DNA of 64,000 bases from an uncultured bacterium. GTDB lineage: Bacteria; Desulfobacterota_D; UBA1144; Nemesobacterales; UBA2774. A program made the translations under genes and the position numbers. The notes under the pieces are model-generated. The model was not told where the DNA came from. It saw only the letters and a list, made by a program, of their open reading frames with translations, and did not search any database. The stretch covers positions 1,280,001-1,344,000 of the forward strand of contig CAWGRW010000009.1 in assembly GCA_963825135.1 (NCBI GenBank), given 5' to 3'. Positions 9,840 through 19,009 of this stretch are shown here, in pieces. Numbering within the stretch: the stretch's first letter is position 1; every line of letters starts with the position of its first letter.

Positions 9840-10835
9840 ATGCTACAGGATAGTTTATCCAAAATTAAGTACTTTTTAGTGCTTGCTGTTCTTTTAATAA
9901 TACCGATTCGGGCAATGGCAGGCGATGGTATTTTCGATGAGCTTATTGATCAGACCGACACTGGCGCTGACAGGCTCATTTACGCCTTCGATACGGTAGG
10001 CAGGGAAACATACATACAGGTCACCAACACGTCGGACTCGACAGTAAGCATTCATGTTCAGGTCTTTGAGGCCAGCGCGGACTGTTTCGAATTTGACTTC
10101 GACGAATGTCTGACCCCTGGCGATACCATCGTATGGAACGTGGAAACCGATTTTCCGGGATCCCCTGACCTTTCCGACGCCAATGGTTTCGTTGCTATAT
10201 CGAACGACGATGAAGGGCTTTGCTCAGCGGGACCGAGCAACTCTTTGATCGGCATGTTCAGGATAATAGACGACAGCGGATATGAATACAGAACGAACGC
10301 GGCCGCCAGTGAGGATCGCACCAGCTTCGATGAGCTCTATGATGTCCTTAACTTCAACGACGTGAACGGTAATAACCTTTCGGACGTAATCGGCATCACG
10401 TACGTTGACATCGATTCTAACACGGTGTTCGCTTCTAATGGTATCGCGACCCTGTTTGGAGACATCAACGACCCCGCGCAGATTTTGATATTCGACGGGA
10501 ATGAGAACGCTAATTCATGCAGCCCGATAATTTTCGCCTGCACCGATAATTATGGTATAGACAACTCTATTCCTAGCTCTCAGGGCAACAATGTCGTTTG
10601 CAACACGAGCAAGCTCTCCGACTCCAACGATTCCGGCTGGCTGTTTATGCCGTACATCACCAAGGTATGCTTTAATTCGGACGGTGAGGACGTAGATTGT
10701 CCGGAAGATCCAATATACTTCGTTGGATTCCTTGGGCTCAACAACGGCGACGGAAGCGGTTCGATGGATTCCTGGATATCCGTGCGCGACGAGTTGCTGC
10801 AGATTGAACCACCTTCGGCAGGCACTGCGGAATAG
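9840..10835 (+). CDS. Secreted acidic, Cys-containing protein of unknown family (paralogue of the next gene)
   Basis: AGGAGG 9 nt before ATG 9840 (alternative in-frame ATG 9789 also has an SD); Sec signal ending AMA; Asp/Asn-rich. Confidence 0.8.
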   Translation: MLQDSLSKIKYFLVLAVLLIIPIRAMAGDGIFDELIDQTDTGADRLIYAFDTVGRETYIQVTNTSDSTVSIHVQVFEASADCFEFDFDECLTPGDTIVWNVETDFPGSPDLSDANGFVAISNDDEGLCSAGPSNSLIGMFRIIDDSGYEYRTNAAASEDRTSFDELYDVLNFNDVNGNNLSDVIGITYVDIDSNTVFASNGIATLFGDINDPAQILIFDGNENANSCSPIIFACTDNYGIDNSIPSSQGNNVVCNTSKLSDSNDSGWLFMPYITKVCFNSDGEDVDCPEDPIYFVGFLGLNNGDGSGSMDSWISVRDELLQIEPPSAGTAE

Positions 10836-10904
10836 GTTGATAATATGAGGTTGATAATGATGAATATCGGATGCATAACAAATTTAAAAAAGGAGGATAA
10901 ATAA

Positions 10905-12920
10905 ATGATAAGCAAGTTAAGGTTTTCATTGATCGCTGTAATATTGCTTGTCCTCTTCGGTTTCGGTTTTCAGAACCAGGCTAAAGGGCAAGTGGGAAAT
11001 AATGACCAGTTTTGTCCGTTCGTCGAGGTAACTGAGGGATGGCTCAAAACTACGGATATCACTGCACTTACCCCCCTTAATTTCTCGGCTGCTTTGATTG
11101 GCACCGTGGAGGGTGTGGGCGGGCATGTAGTGGCTGGTATGGATTGGCAGCATGTTGATTTCACCAATTTTGATCAGCCGACGCCTACCAACGAAACTGG
11201 CGCCCAGCTGGTTACCCCATGGTCCCAGGCTGAGGGCAACGATACGTTCCTTCAGGTAACGAATGCTGAGGATATTGGTACCTGGGTTCACGTTCGTTTA
11301 CTCGACAGTAATTGCATAGAAATCAGAAACTTCTGCGATTTTTATACAGGTGGCGATACCCACGTGTATGATTTCGGCGACCTCGTCACGAATAATGGCG
11401 ATACGCCGGACGATGGCGTGCTTCAGGGCAAAGAAGGTTTCCTGACCGTTACCGCGGTTGATGACTGTCCTTCTCCCGACCAGGCGTTTTCCTGCGATCC
11501 CCTTGATGGCGGTTGCTGGCAGAACAAGTTGGCCGGTACGGTGCAGATCGTAAACAGCTCCCACGATTCTTACGGGTTTAACACCTATGCCAGAAGGGGC
11601 GTTTGCTTCGACCAGGAAATCCTGACCGACGTCAACCTTATAGACAACGGCAGCTTCCAGAATGGGTCCCTTCCGGATTGGAGCCAGGAGCAGGGCGGAA
11701 ATGAGGCCAGCGGAGTGATAACGTCAAGCGGTATTTCACCGAGCATCCCGATTCCCCCGTGTCAGGGTCCCGATTGCGGTGGCGATGCGGATCTTTTCCA
11801 GGCCTTTGCGGCTTCTGACAGCAACAACCCGAGCGGGTTTTACGGGCAAAACGCTACTCCAACTAGCATACTTGGCTGGCTGAACGATCCCGATTTGATT
11901 AACTCGGGTGACAATGATACAAACGTAACAGTCGTTCAGAGTAACCAGTTCACGCCTCTCGCTGACCCGGATGCGGTAGATAATACAAACGATGTGTTAT
12001 ATGACCTCCGCTTCCTGTCGGCTAACGACCTGCTCTTTGACTGCGACAACTACGTAGCCGTATGTCTGATCGATATTACCCAATGGCTTGTTAACCCGGT
12101 TCTTAATACGCCGTCCTTTGTTGAATGCGACTGCTATAACCGTAACGGCGCTGGACAGATTACAGGCGGGACTTGCGGCGATGTAGGCGACGACAACTTC
12201 AGTTACGCGCTTGGTTCCCATGAGTTCCAGGGCGGCGCTTCCTCACTCATCAGTGGCGAGCTGAGTACTGCGAGCGACTTTTCTACCTACGTGGTCCAGT
12301 TCATAACCGCACAGAAGGTGAATGACGGTTGCGACAATTCGGCCTTCCCGCGCGGCGATACCGGAGCGTTGGTTGATAACTTCAGGAACGTTGAAACCAT
12401 CCAGACATTCGATGAGTGCGATGGCGTTCTCGACGGAGATTTCAACGCGTTCTTGAATGACTTCCTCCCGACGGAGTTCGCTGGTCAGTTCAACGTGATC
12501 GACGGCAATACTGCCGGCGGTGATGCGATACTGATCAACTTCGCCGACGAGTATGTGCCGAATTACAGGACGCTCGCTGCTACGATATCCGCAAACGTCG
12601 GTATCTTCGATACTAACGAAGACTTCCAGAGCTGCGGCGATGTAGTTGCTTGCTACCTCAGGCTGGGAATAGACGCGGATATACCGGTTAACCCGGTCAA
12701 TCCGACGACGCCTCCGCCGTCCACGACACCTCCGCCGTCCACGACACCTCCGACGATTGGACCGACACCGACACCATCACACAACAACAACAGCGGTGGA
12801 AGCTGCGCGATTGCCGGCAGCCCGGTTCAGCTCGGAACAGCGTTTGCTAACGTGCTTATACCTCTGGTACCGGTAGCCTTCGCGTTCGGCGTAAGGGCAG
12901 TAAGAAGAAGAAAGAAATAA
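10905..12920 (+). CDS. Secreted surface protein with Pro/Thr linker and Cys-containing C-terminal sorting signal
   Basis: AGGAGG SD; N-terminal signal peptide; C-terminus PTTPPPS repeats-NNNSGGSCAIA-hydrophobic helix-RRRKK. Confidence 0.85.
   Translation: MISKLRFSLIAVILLVLFGFGFQNQAKGQVGNNDQFCPFVEVTEGWLKTTDITALTPLNFSAALIGTVEGVGGHVVAGMDWQHVDFTNFDQPTPTNETGAQLVTPWSQAEGNDTFLQVTNAEDIGTWVHVRLLDSNCIEIRNFCDFYTGGDTHVYDFGDLVTNNGDTPDDGVLQGKEGFLTVTAVDDCPSPDQAFSCDPLDGGCWQNKLAGTVQIVNSSHDSYGFNTYARRGVCFDQEILTDVNLIDNGSFQNGSLPDWSQEQGGNEASGVITSSGISPSIPIPPCQGPDCGGDADLFQAFAASDSNNPSGFYGQNATPTSILGWLNDPDLINSGDNDTNVTVVQSNQFTPLADPDAVDNTNDVLYDLRFLSANDLLFDCDNYVAVCLIDITQWLVNPVLNTPSFVECDCYNRNGAGQITGGTCGDVGDDNFSYALGSHEFQGGASSLISGELSTASDFSTYVVQFITAQKVNDGCDNSAFPRGDTGALVDNFRNVETIQTFDECDGVLDGDFNAFLNDFLPTEFAGQFNVIDGNTAGGDAILINFADEYVPNYRTLAATISANVGIFDTNEDFQSCGDVVACYLRLGIDADIPVNPVNPTTPPPSTTPPPSTTPPTIGPTPTPSHNNNSGGSCAIAGSPVQLGTAFANVLIPLVPVAFAFGVRAVRRRKK
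12705..12752 (+). repeat. 18-bp coding tandem repeat (about 2.7 copies) encoding the TTPPPS linker
   Basis: ACGACRCCTCCGCCGTCC at 12705 and 12723, partial copy at 12741. Confidence 0.85.
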
Positions 12921-12934
12921 GATGAATTCAAACT

Positions 12935-13029
12935 GCGGGGAGGCGGACTTAAGGTCTGCCCCCTTGCTTTATTTATGAAGTAGATTTAGCCGGGAGAATT
13001 AGGAAACTAGCTCTCCCGGCTTTTTATTT
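12935..13029 (+). terminator. Two tandem intrinsic terminators
   Basis: GCGGGGAGGCGGAC/GTCTGCCCCCTTGC followed by TTTATTT, then AGCCGGGAGA/TCTCCCGGCT followed by TTTTATTT. Confidence 0.75.
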
Positions 13030-13120
13030 GCCCCCTGGTCAAAAAGCGGCAGCCTGTAAATTTGCTCTTCGCACCGTCTCTGGATAATATTTAACAATCC
13101 CCGTTACACGGCCTGATATT

Positions 13121-14260
13121 ATGAAGACCAATAGATGCGTGCTTATACACTATGGAGAGCTGTCTCTTAAAGGCAGGAACAGGGGCGATTTCGAATTGAG
13201 GCTCAGGGACAATATCGAGAGGATAGCCGGGGGAGCGGTCAGCAGATACAGGGGCTATTTTGTGATGCAAGGCGGGGAGCCTGCTTTGCTCGATAAGGTC
13301 CCGGGCATATCCTGGTACGCCGAGGCCTCTGTTGCCGGTAATGACCTCGATTCGATTATAGAGTTGGTAAGGGAAGAGCTCGGCCGCATGTTCGCGGGGG
13401 GGCGCCCCCCCCTCAGCTTCGGGGTTTTTGCCCGGAGGCCTAATAAGAAGTTCCCGCTTACTTCGGGAAAGGTCGCGGAATTATTGGGAGATGAAATTAT
13501 TAATAAATACGGGTTTACTACCGATCTTCGAAATCCGGACATTAGTGTCTTTCTCGAGATAGCCGATAGAACCTACGTCTTTTTCGAAAAAAAGCAAGGA
13601 CTGAGGGGATTCCCAACGGATGTCAGCGGGCATGTCTTGTCCTTAATATCCGGGGGCATAGACTCCCCCGTATCTTCTTATCTCATGATGAAAAGGGGCT
13701 GCAGGGTCGATCTGATTCATTTCCACGTATTTAGCGACAGCGGTCACGTGGCCGCCACTAAAATGAGCGGAATTTTCCGGAAAATCAATGAATTCCAGAT
13801 CGGCACCCGTGTATATCTTGTGCCCTATTACGCTTTCGAATCCGCCCTGCTCAGGCTCGACGGAACAGGCGGGAACGAGCTCGTCGTCTTCAGGAGGTTC
13901 ATGGTGGCGGTCGCGGAACGAATAGCCCTCGCGAACGGTTGCGCGGCGCTTGTAACCGGAGACAGCCTGGGCCAGGTCGCCTCTCAAACCATAGAAAACA
14001 TAACACTTGTAAAAGAAGCTGTCTCTCTGCCGATTTTCCAGCCGCTCATTACATACGACAAGCAGGAAATAGTGGATTATGCGAAGAAGCTCGGAACATA
14101 TGACTTATCTATCGAGCCTTATAAGGATTGCTGCTCGATTGTCTCGGAGAACCCGAGGACCAGGGCGAGGCGGGAGCATGTTCTGGATATTGAGAGGGCC
14201 ATGGACATTCAAAAAGTGATCACGGAAACGCTTGAGATGGTAACGCTTTATGACTTATAG
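13121..14260 (+). CDS. thiI: tRNA 4-thiouridine synthase ThiI (no rhodanese domain)
   Basis: YGELSLKGRNR, THUMP-like region, PP-loop SGGIDS, TGDSLGQVASQT, DCC. Confidence 0.93.
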   Translation: MKTNRCVLIHYGELSLKGRNRGDFELRLRDNIERIAGGAVSRYRGYFVMQGGEPALLDKVPGISWYAEASVAGNDLDSIIELVREELGRMFAGGRPPLSFGVFARRPNKKFPLTSGKVAELLGDEIINKYGFTTDLRNPDISVFLEIADRTYVFFEKKQGLRGFPTDVSGHVLSLISGGIDSPVSSYLMMKRGCRVDLIHFHVFSDSGHVAATKMSGIFRKINEFQIGTRVYLVPYYAFESALLRLDGTGGNELVVFRRFMVAVAERIALANGCAALVTGDSLGQVASQTIENITLVKEAVSLPIFQPLITYDKQEIVDYAKKLGTYDLSIEPYKDCCSIVSENPRTRARREHVLDIERAMDIQKVITETLEMVTLYDL

Positions 14261-14282
14261 AAGGGTATCGTCAATAATGTTA

Positions 14283-14828
14283 TTAATGCTTTTTGCTAAT
14301 TTTAGGAGCTTGCGCATAGTCCATGAACCCCCTCGGCTGCGGCGGCCCGTCGTAGGAGAGCCTTTTCCACACCGTGGGGTCTGAGTAATAGAATCGAATG
14401 ACTACTCTCCGGAAGCTCTCGAGAAAGCTTCTGTTGTCCACCCTTATATGCTTAATCAGCGTATCGATTTCTTCCCTGTTTTTAAGTGAGTAAAATGGCG
14501 TCTTAAATTTTTTCCTGGAGATCGCGTCCAGGTTCCACAGACCGGCGTCGAAAAAGCTGGCTGTGCCTTTGCTTGATCTGACAAAGGACATCATCTTGTC
14601 CTCAATCCCTATACTCACGCATCCGGGCACTAGCGATTCCGCCAGTTTTACCATATTCTTTTGTGTTGTTTCATTAAACACCGTGTACCCTTTTTTGACT
14701 TCGAACCCGCCCTTGTTCAGGTCGGTCTCGGCGAAGGCTGCGGGCCCGGCTCCCGCAATTACCTCGCTCCCGATGAGTCCCGTTGCAACGGTTTTTAAGA
14801 ACTTCCTTCTTGAGCTTTTCTTGTCCAT
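14283..14828 (-). CDS. Tat-signal protein, gluconate 2-dehydrogenase subunit 3-like
   Basis: SRRKFLK Tat motif; C-terminal FYYSDP.VW..L.YDGP.QPRG typical of the family; near a GMC oxidoreductase. Confidence 0.7.
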   Translation of the reverse strand: MDKKSSRRKFLKTVATGLIGSEVIAGAGPAAFAETDLNKGGFEVKKGYTVFNETTQKNMVKLAESLVPGCVSIGIEDKMMSFVRSSKGTASFFDAGLWNLDAISRKKFKTPFYSLKNREEIDTLIKHIRVDNRSFLESFRRVVIRFYYSDPTVWKRLSYDGPPQPRGFMDYAQAPKISKKH

Positions 14829-14839
14829 ACCGGTTCCGT

Positions 14840-15661
14840 TTATTCCTTCACGATTTCGATAGTCATGCCTTTCTCTTTCGCCAGCTCTTTAGCGTATTGA
14901 TCGTAGGCTTCTCCCTTTCGTCTGGCTTTGATTATGTATACGATTGAATCCTTCACGCTGTCAAACGGCGTTACTTTCGCGTCGAGTATCTCGTATACGC
15001 CGAATGTGCCGTCCGGATTGGCTACTACCTTGGACAGAGAGCCCGCTTCTTTTACATCGAAGTACCTGTTCATTTTTTTATTGAAACCCAGATCCTTCAC
15101 TGTTAACTGTGAAGCCGGACTCGATAATTTTTGAGCGATTTCCTGAAAATTCTTGCCGTCCCGCGCCATTTTTATAATCTGATCGCCGAGGCTCGAATCC
15201 GTGAACTGAATTCCCTGGACGCGCAGATTTGTGTAACCTAACCCCTTGGCGGTATTATAATAATTGAGAAGGTCCTCGTCCGTTATTTCCTTTTCGGGGG
15301 GCGAGGTCTGGGTGTATTTATCCTTTAATTCTCTTACCACGAGACTCATCTCGTATTCCCTTAACTTGTCCTGATATTTGTTTTCCAATCCCTCTTTTAG
15401 TCCTTCCTGATAGATAATTTCATCGGTAACGAGTGATTCTACGGACCTTCCGTTGAGCTCGTCCGCGTATATCGGGACGCCGTTTACCCGTGCGACTACC
15501 TTTCCGCTTTTTTCGGGTTTATTTAGTCCGATCTCCGCCCCTCCATTCTTTCCCAGGCTTGCTTTATCAGGGCTGTCAGCCGGGCATTCCTTGGTTCCGG
15601 ATTGATCGCATGCCGATAAAAATACTAAGCATATCAATAGAATCGGCAGGAATTTCTTCAT
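14840..15661 (-). CDS. Lipoprotein, SurA/PpiC-type chaperone (PPIase-like)
   Basis: MKK..LSAC lipobox; VVARVNGVPI, EITDEDLLNYY, GKNFQEIA, PFDSVKDSI motifs; AGGAG SD. Confidence 0.65.
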   Translation of the reverse strand: MKKFLPILLICLVFLSACDQSGTKECPADSPDKASLGKNGGAEIGLNKPEKSGKVVARVNGVPIYADELNGRSVESLVTDEIIYQEGLKEGLENKYQDKLREYEMSLVVRELKDKYTQTSPPEKEITDEDLLNYYNTAKGLGYTNLRVQGIQFTDSSLGDQIIKMARDGKNFQEIAQKLSSPASQLTVKDLGFNKKMNRYFDVKEAGSLSKVVANPDGTFGVYEILDAKVTPFDSVKDSIVYIIKARRKGEAYDQYAKELAKEKGMTIEIVKE

Positions 15662-15714
15662 ATTTTTCTCCTTTTTATGGCCGGGCGGGATAAGCAAAAT
15701 GTATAACTTATAAA

Positions 15715-15743
15715 TTGACACAAAGCAATAGTTTCATTATATT
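15715..15743 (+). promoter_or_regulatory. Putative sigma-70 promoter for the GMC-CRTAC1-glycosyltransferase operon
   Basis: TTGACA-N17-TATATT, 17 nt before ATG 15761. Confidence 0.55.
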
Positions 15744-15760
15744 ATCAACCGCTCAAAGCT

Positions 15761-17407
15761 ATGCCTCCTAAAAAAGAAAAATACGATTGCCTCGTCATCG
15801 GCTCCGGCCCGGGAGGGGCGCCGTTTGCCTGGAAGCTCGCTTCGAAAGGCATGAATGTGCTTATGCTGGAGGCAGGCCCGCGTTATGACCCGTATAAAAG
15901 TTATGCGCTGGATGAAACCGATTGGGAAACAAAGGCTTTCCCTATAATCAAAAAAATTCGTCATACGTTCGGCAAAAAGCAGCCGCTTAGTGCTAAATAC
16001 GAAAACCTTCGGTCCTGGAACAAAGCCTCCGGAAAGCTCAATGACAGTCAGGAGAGAAACTATATAAAATACCATCAGATCTCGGGCGTGGGCGGGACGA
16101 CACTTCATTTTCAGGGCGAAGCCCAGAGGCTTAACGAGAAAGCATTCCGCATGAAGAGCCTCTTCGGCGTGGCCGTGGACTGGCCTATACAATATCAAGA
16201 CCTGGAGCCCTATTATTGCGAAGCGGAGGGCATCGTAGGGGTAGCGGGGCCCGACAATATCCCGGATCGTCCCAGAAGCAAGCCGTATCCTTTAAAGCCC
16301 CATAAGTTGAGCTATGCGAGCACGATTGTGGAAAAGGGCTGCAGTAAGCAGGGCCTCGACCTCATACCGAATTCTGTTGCCATACTATCGGAAGCCTATC
16401 GGGACGCCCCTCCCTGTAATTACTGCAACGGATGCGTTTGGGGTTGTCCCCGGAAGGATAAAGGCAGTGTCGATGTGACGTTCGTTCCTCTCGCTGAAGG
16501 TACCGGTAACTGTGAGATACTGGATAATGTTTTCGTTACGCGTATAGAAACCGAGAATAAGGGCGGAAAGAAAGCAAGGGGAGTCGTATATTACGACAGG
16601 AGCAGGAAGGAGCATTTCGTCGCCGCCGATTATATCGCCGTGGCGTGCGGGGCAGTCGAGACTCCGAGACTGCTCTTGAACTCCGACATAAACGGTAACG
16701 GGCTCGTCGGGAAGAATTTTATGGAGACCGTCTTTTACGAGGCCACGGCCTTTCATCCCGAAAGGTCCGATTCCTATCGGGGCATACCCATGGACAGCAT
16801 TCTATGGAATTGGAACACCCCGGATCCGAAACGAGGCTTCTCCGGAGGACTCAGAATGTTTCCTACGGCCGGGAGTGCGTTGGGCCCCTTGAATTATTCC
16901 TTGCGGTATTTCGACGGATGGGGCGAAGATTATATAAGCCAGGTGGAGAAGTGGTTCGGACACGCGATCTCGATGGGGGGTATAGCCGAGTTTTTTCCAA
17001 ACAAGGACACTTTTGTTACTCTCGATCCCAAAACGAAAGACGAATTCGGCCTCCCGGTAGCGAAAATTCAATCGTTTCTCGGTGAGTCCGAATTAAAGAG
17101 TCTTGAATTTATTGCCGGCAAATCGAAGGAGATTTTGAAGGCCAGCGGCGCCGTAGACTTTGTCGAAGAAATCAGCGCTTATGATTTCTTCTCGGCTACC
17201 CACGTTTTCGGGACGTGCCGGATGGGAAACAAACAAGAAACGTCCGTTGTAGATTCATCCCTCAGGGTCCACAATATCCCCAATTTGCTGGTAACCGACG
17301 CAAGCGTTTTCCCTACATCCGGCGGCGGAGAAGCCCCTTCACTCACTATTGAGGCCCTGAGCTTGCGTGCGGCCGACCTTCTATTGAAAGACATCAAGAA
17401 AGGTTGA
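15761..17407 (+). CDS. GMC family FAD oxidoreductase
   Basis: IGSGPGG Rossmann motif, GVGGTTLHF, DWPI.Y.DLEPYY, CNYCNGCVWGC cluster, HVFGTCRMG, DASVFPT. Confidence 0.92.
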   Translation: MPPKKEKYDCLVIGSGPGGAPFAWKLASKGMNVLMLEAGPRYDPYKSYALDETDWETKAFPIIKKIRHTFGKKQPLSAKYENLRSWNKASGKLNDSQERNYIKYHQISGVGGTTLHFQGEAQRLNEKAFRMKSLFGVAVDWPIQYQDLEPYYCEAEGIVGVAGPDNIPDRPRSKPYPLKPHKLSYASTIVEKGCSKQGLDLIPNSVAILSEAYRDAPPCNYCNGCVWGCPRKDKGSVDVTFVPLAEGTGNCEILDNVFVTRIETENKGGKKARGVVYYDRSRKEHFVAADYIAVACGAVETPRLLLNSDINGNGLVGKNFMETVFYEATAFHPERSDSYRGIPMDSILWNWNTPDPKRGFSGGLRMFPTAGSALGPLNYSLRYFDGWGEDYISQVEKWFGHAISMGGIAEFFPNKDTFVTLDPKTKDEFGLPVAKIQSFLGESELKSLEFIAGKSKEILKASGAVDFVEEISAYDFFSATHVFGTCRMGNKQETSVVDSSLRVHNIPNLLVTDASVFPTSGGGEAPSLTIEALSLRAADLLLKDIKKG

Positions 17408-17414
17408 ATATCTC

Positions 17415-18968
17415 TTGATTCGATACGGATCTCACCTCTTACTCCTCATTCTATTGTCCCTCGCCCTTCTAAGTTTATCCAATATCCACGCCAAAGCGGA
17501 CGACGTCCCAAAATTCGTTGACGTGCAGAAAGAGACCGGGGTCTATTCCGGGGGCAGGCTTGGCCAGACGGCGGCGTGGGGTGATTATAACGGCGACGGA
17601 TGGCAGGATATCGTGATTTCGAGTATGAGCATGAACAAACTGTTCGGCAGCAGAAAGAGCAAACCGGGAAAAAGCAGCACCGGGGTTAAGAAGTCAGCTC
17701 CGAACGGGAATTTGCTGTTGTTTATGAACGGTAAAGGGCTATCGTTCAAAGATACGGCGTCGGCGTCGGGACTTCCGGACATCAGTGCGAAGGCCGCTGC
17801 GTGGGCTGATTACAATAACGACGGGTATGTGGATCTTGTGCTCGGTACTCTGAACGCCGGAAAGCCTCCGCTGCTATTTAAGAACTCGGAGCATCACACT
17901 TTCACCGATGTTACCGATAAGTCGGGGCTTACGAAAGAGGGTTTGAGCACGAGGCATGTGATATGGGCTGATTATGACAATGACGGATTCGTGGATCTAT
18001 TTCAGGCCGGGATGAACGGGTTTTCTCTCTATCGGAATAAGGGCGACGGGAGTTTTGAGGAAGTAACAGGCCCTGCGCGTCTGGGGAATCAGGCTGACAC
18101 ATACGGAGCGGTGTGGTTCGATGCCGATAACGACGGTTACCAGGATCTCTTCCTGGCGAATGCCGGGTTAAATAGATTCTATATCAATAACGGTGACGGG
18201 ACTTTCACGGATTCTACGGAAAAGGCGGGACTCGCGGGGGAGGCATCCTGGATGACGACCTCCGCATGTACAGGGGATTATAACGGCGACGGGTATGTCG
18301 ATCTCTACATAACGAATATGGGTCACGGAATGAGAAACGCTCTTTACAGGAATAACAAGGACGGCAGTTTTACCGACGTCACTGTCGATACCGGAACGGC
18401 TGATGCGGGGGACGGCAGGACATGCGCCTGGGTTGACTTCGACGCGGACGGCAGATTAGACCTGTTTACGACCAACCATATCAGAACAAATAAACTGTTC
18501 AGGAACGAAGGTGCGGGGAAATTTACGGATACGGCTCCCGTAGCCGGGCTTGACCGCCCGATAGATGTATTCTCGGCTCCCTGGGCGGATTATGACCGCG
18601 ACGGTTTTATTGACGTTTTATTGATCGGGCATTCGGGTATCGCACTCATGAAGAACCAGGGCAACAAAAGCAATTCTCTTACGCTAAAATTGAGGGGCGA
18701 CGGCAAGAAGAGCAACGTCTCGGCGATCGGGGCCAGGGTCGAGGTTTCTACCCCGGCAGGAGTTCAGATAAGGGAAGTATCCGGGGGCAGGGGATGCTGT
18801 GAGCAGGATATGCTCCCTCTTTACTTCGGCCTCGGAAAAGATAAAATCGCCGATATCAACGTCGCGTGGCCCGGCGGCAAGGTCTGCACCTTCAAAGGTA
18901 TCGCCGTCGGCAAGGTCAAGGAGTATACTATCAGTGAAGTAAAATGCGGAATTAACCCGTCGAGCTGA
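17415..18968 (+). CDS. CRTAC1-like protein (FG-GAP/VCBS repeats plus ASPIC/UnbV domain), secreted
   Basis: Repeated W.DY(N/D)(G/N)DG..DL motifs; C-terminal SN.SAIGARV, LYFGLG, V.WP.G; N-terminal signal peptide. Confidence 0.88.
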   Translation: MIRYGSHLLLLILLSLALLSLSNIHAKADDVPKFVDVQKETGVYSGGRLGQTAAWGDYNGDGWQDIVISSMSMNKLFGSRKSKPGKSSTGVKKSAPNGNLLLFMNGKGLSFKDTASASGLPDISAKAAAWADYNNDGYVDLVLGTLNAGKPPLLFKNSEHHTFTDVTDKSGLTKEGLSTRHVIWADYDNDGFVDLFQAGMNGFSLYRNKGDGSFEEVTGPARLGNQADTYGAVWFDADNDGYQDLFLANAGLNRFYINNGDGTFTDSTEKAGLAGEASWMTTSACTGDYNGDGYVDLYITNMGHGMRNALYRNNKDGSFTDVTVDTGTADAGDGRTCAWVDFDADGRLDLFTTNHIRTNKLFRNEGAGKFTDTAPVAGLDRPIDVFSAPWADYDRDGFIDVLLIGHSGIALMKNQGNKSNSLTLKLRGDGKKSNVSAIGARVEVSTPAGVQIREVSGGRGCCEQDMLPLYFGLGKDKIADINVAWPGGKVCTFKGIAVGKVKEYTISEVKCGINPSS

Positions 18969-19009
18969 TTAATGGCCCGATAATTTATTAAATCCGATGG
19001 ATATAAAAA

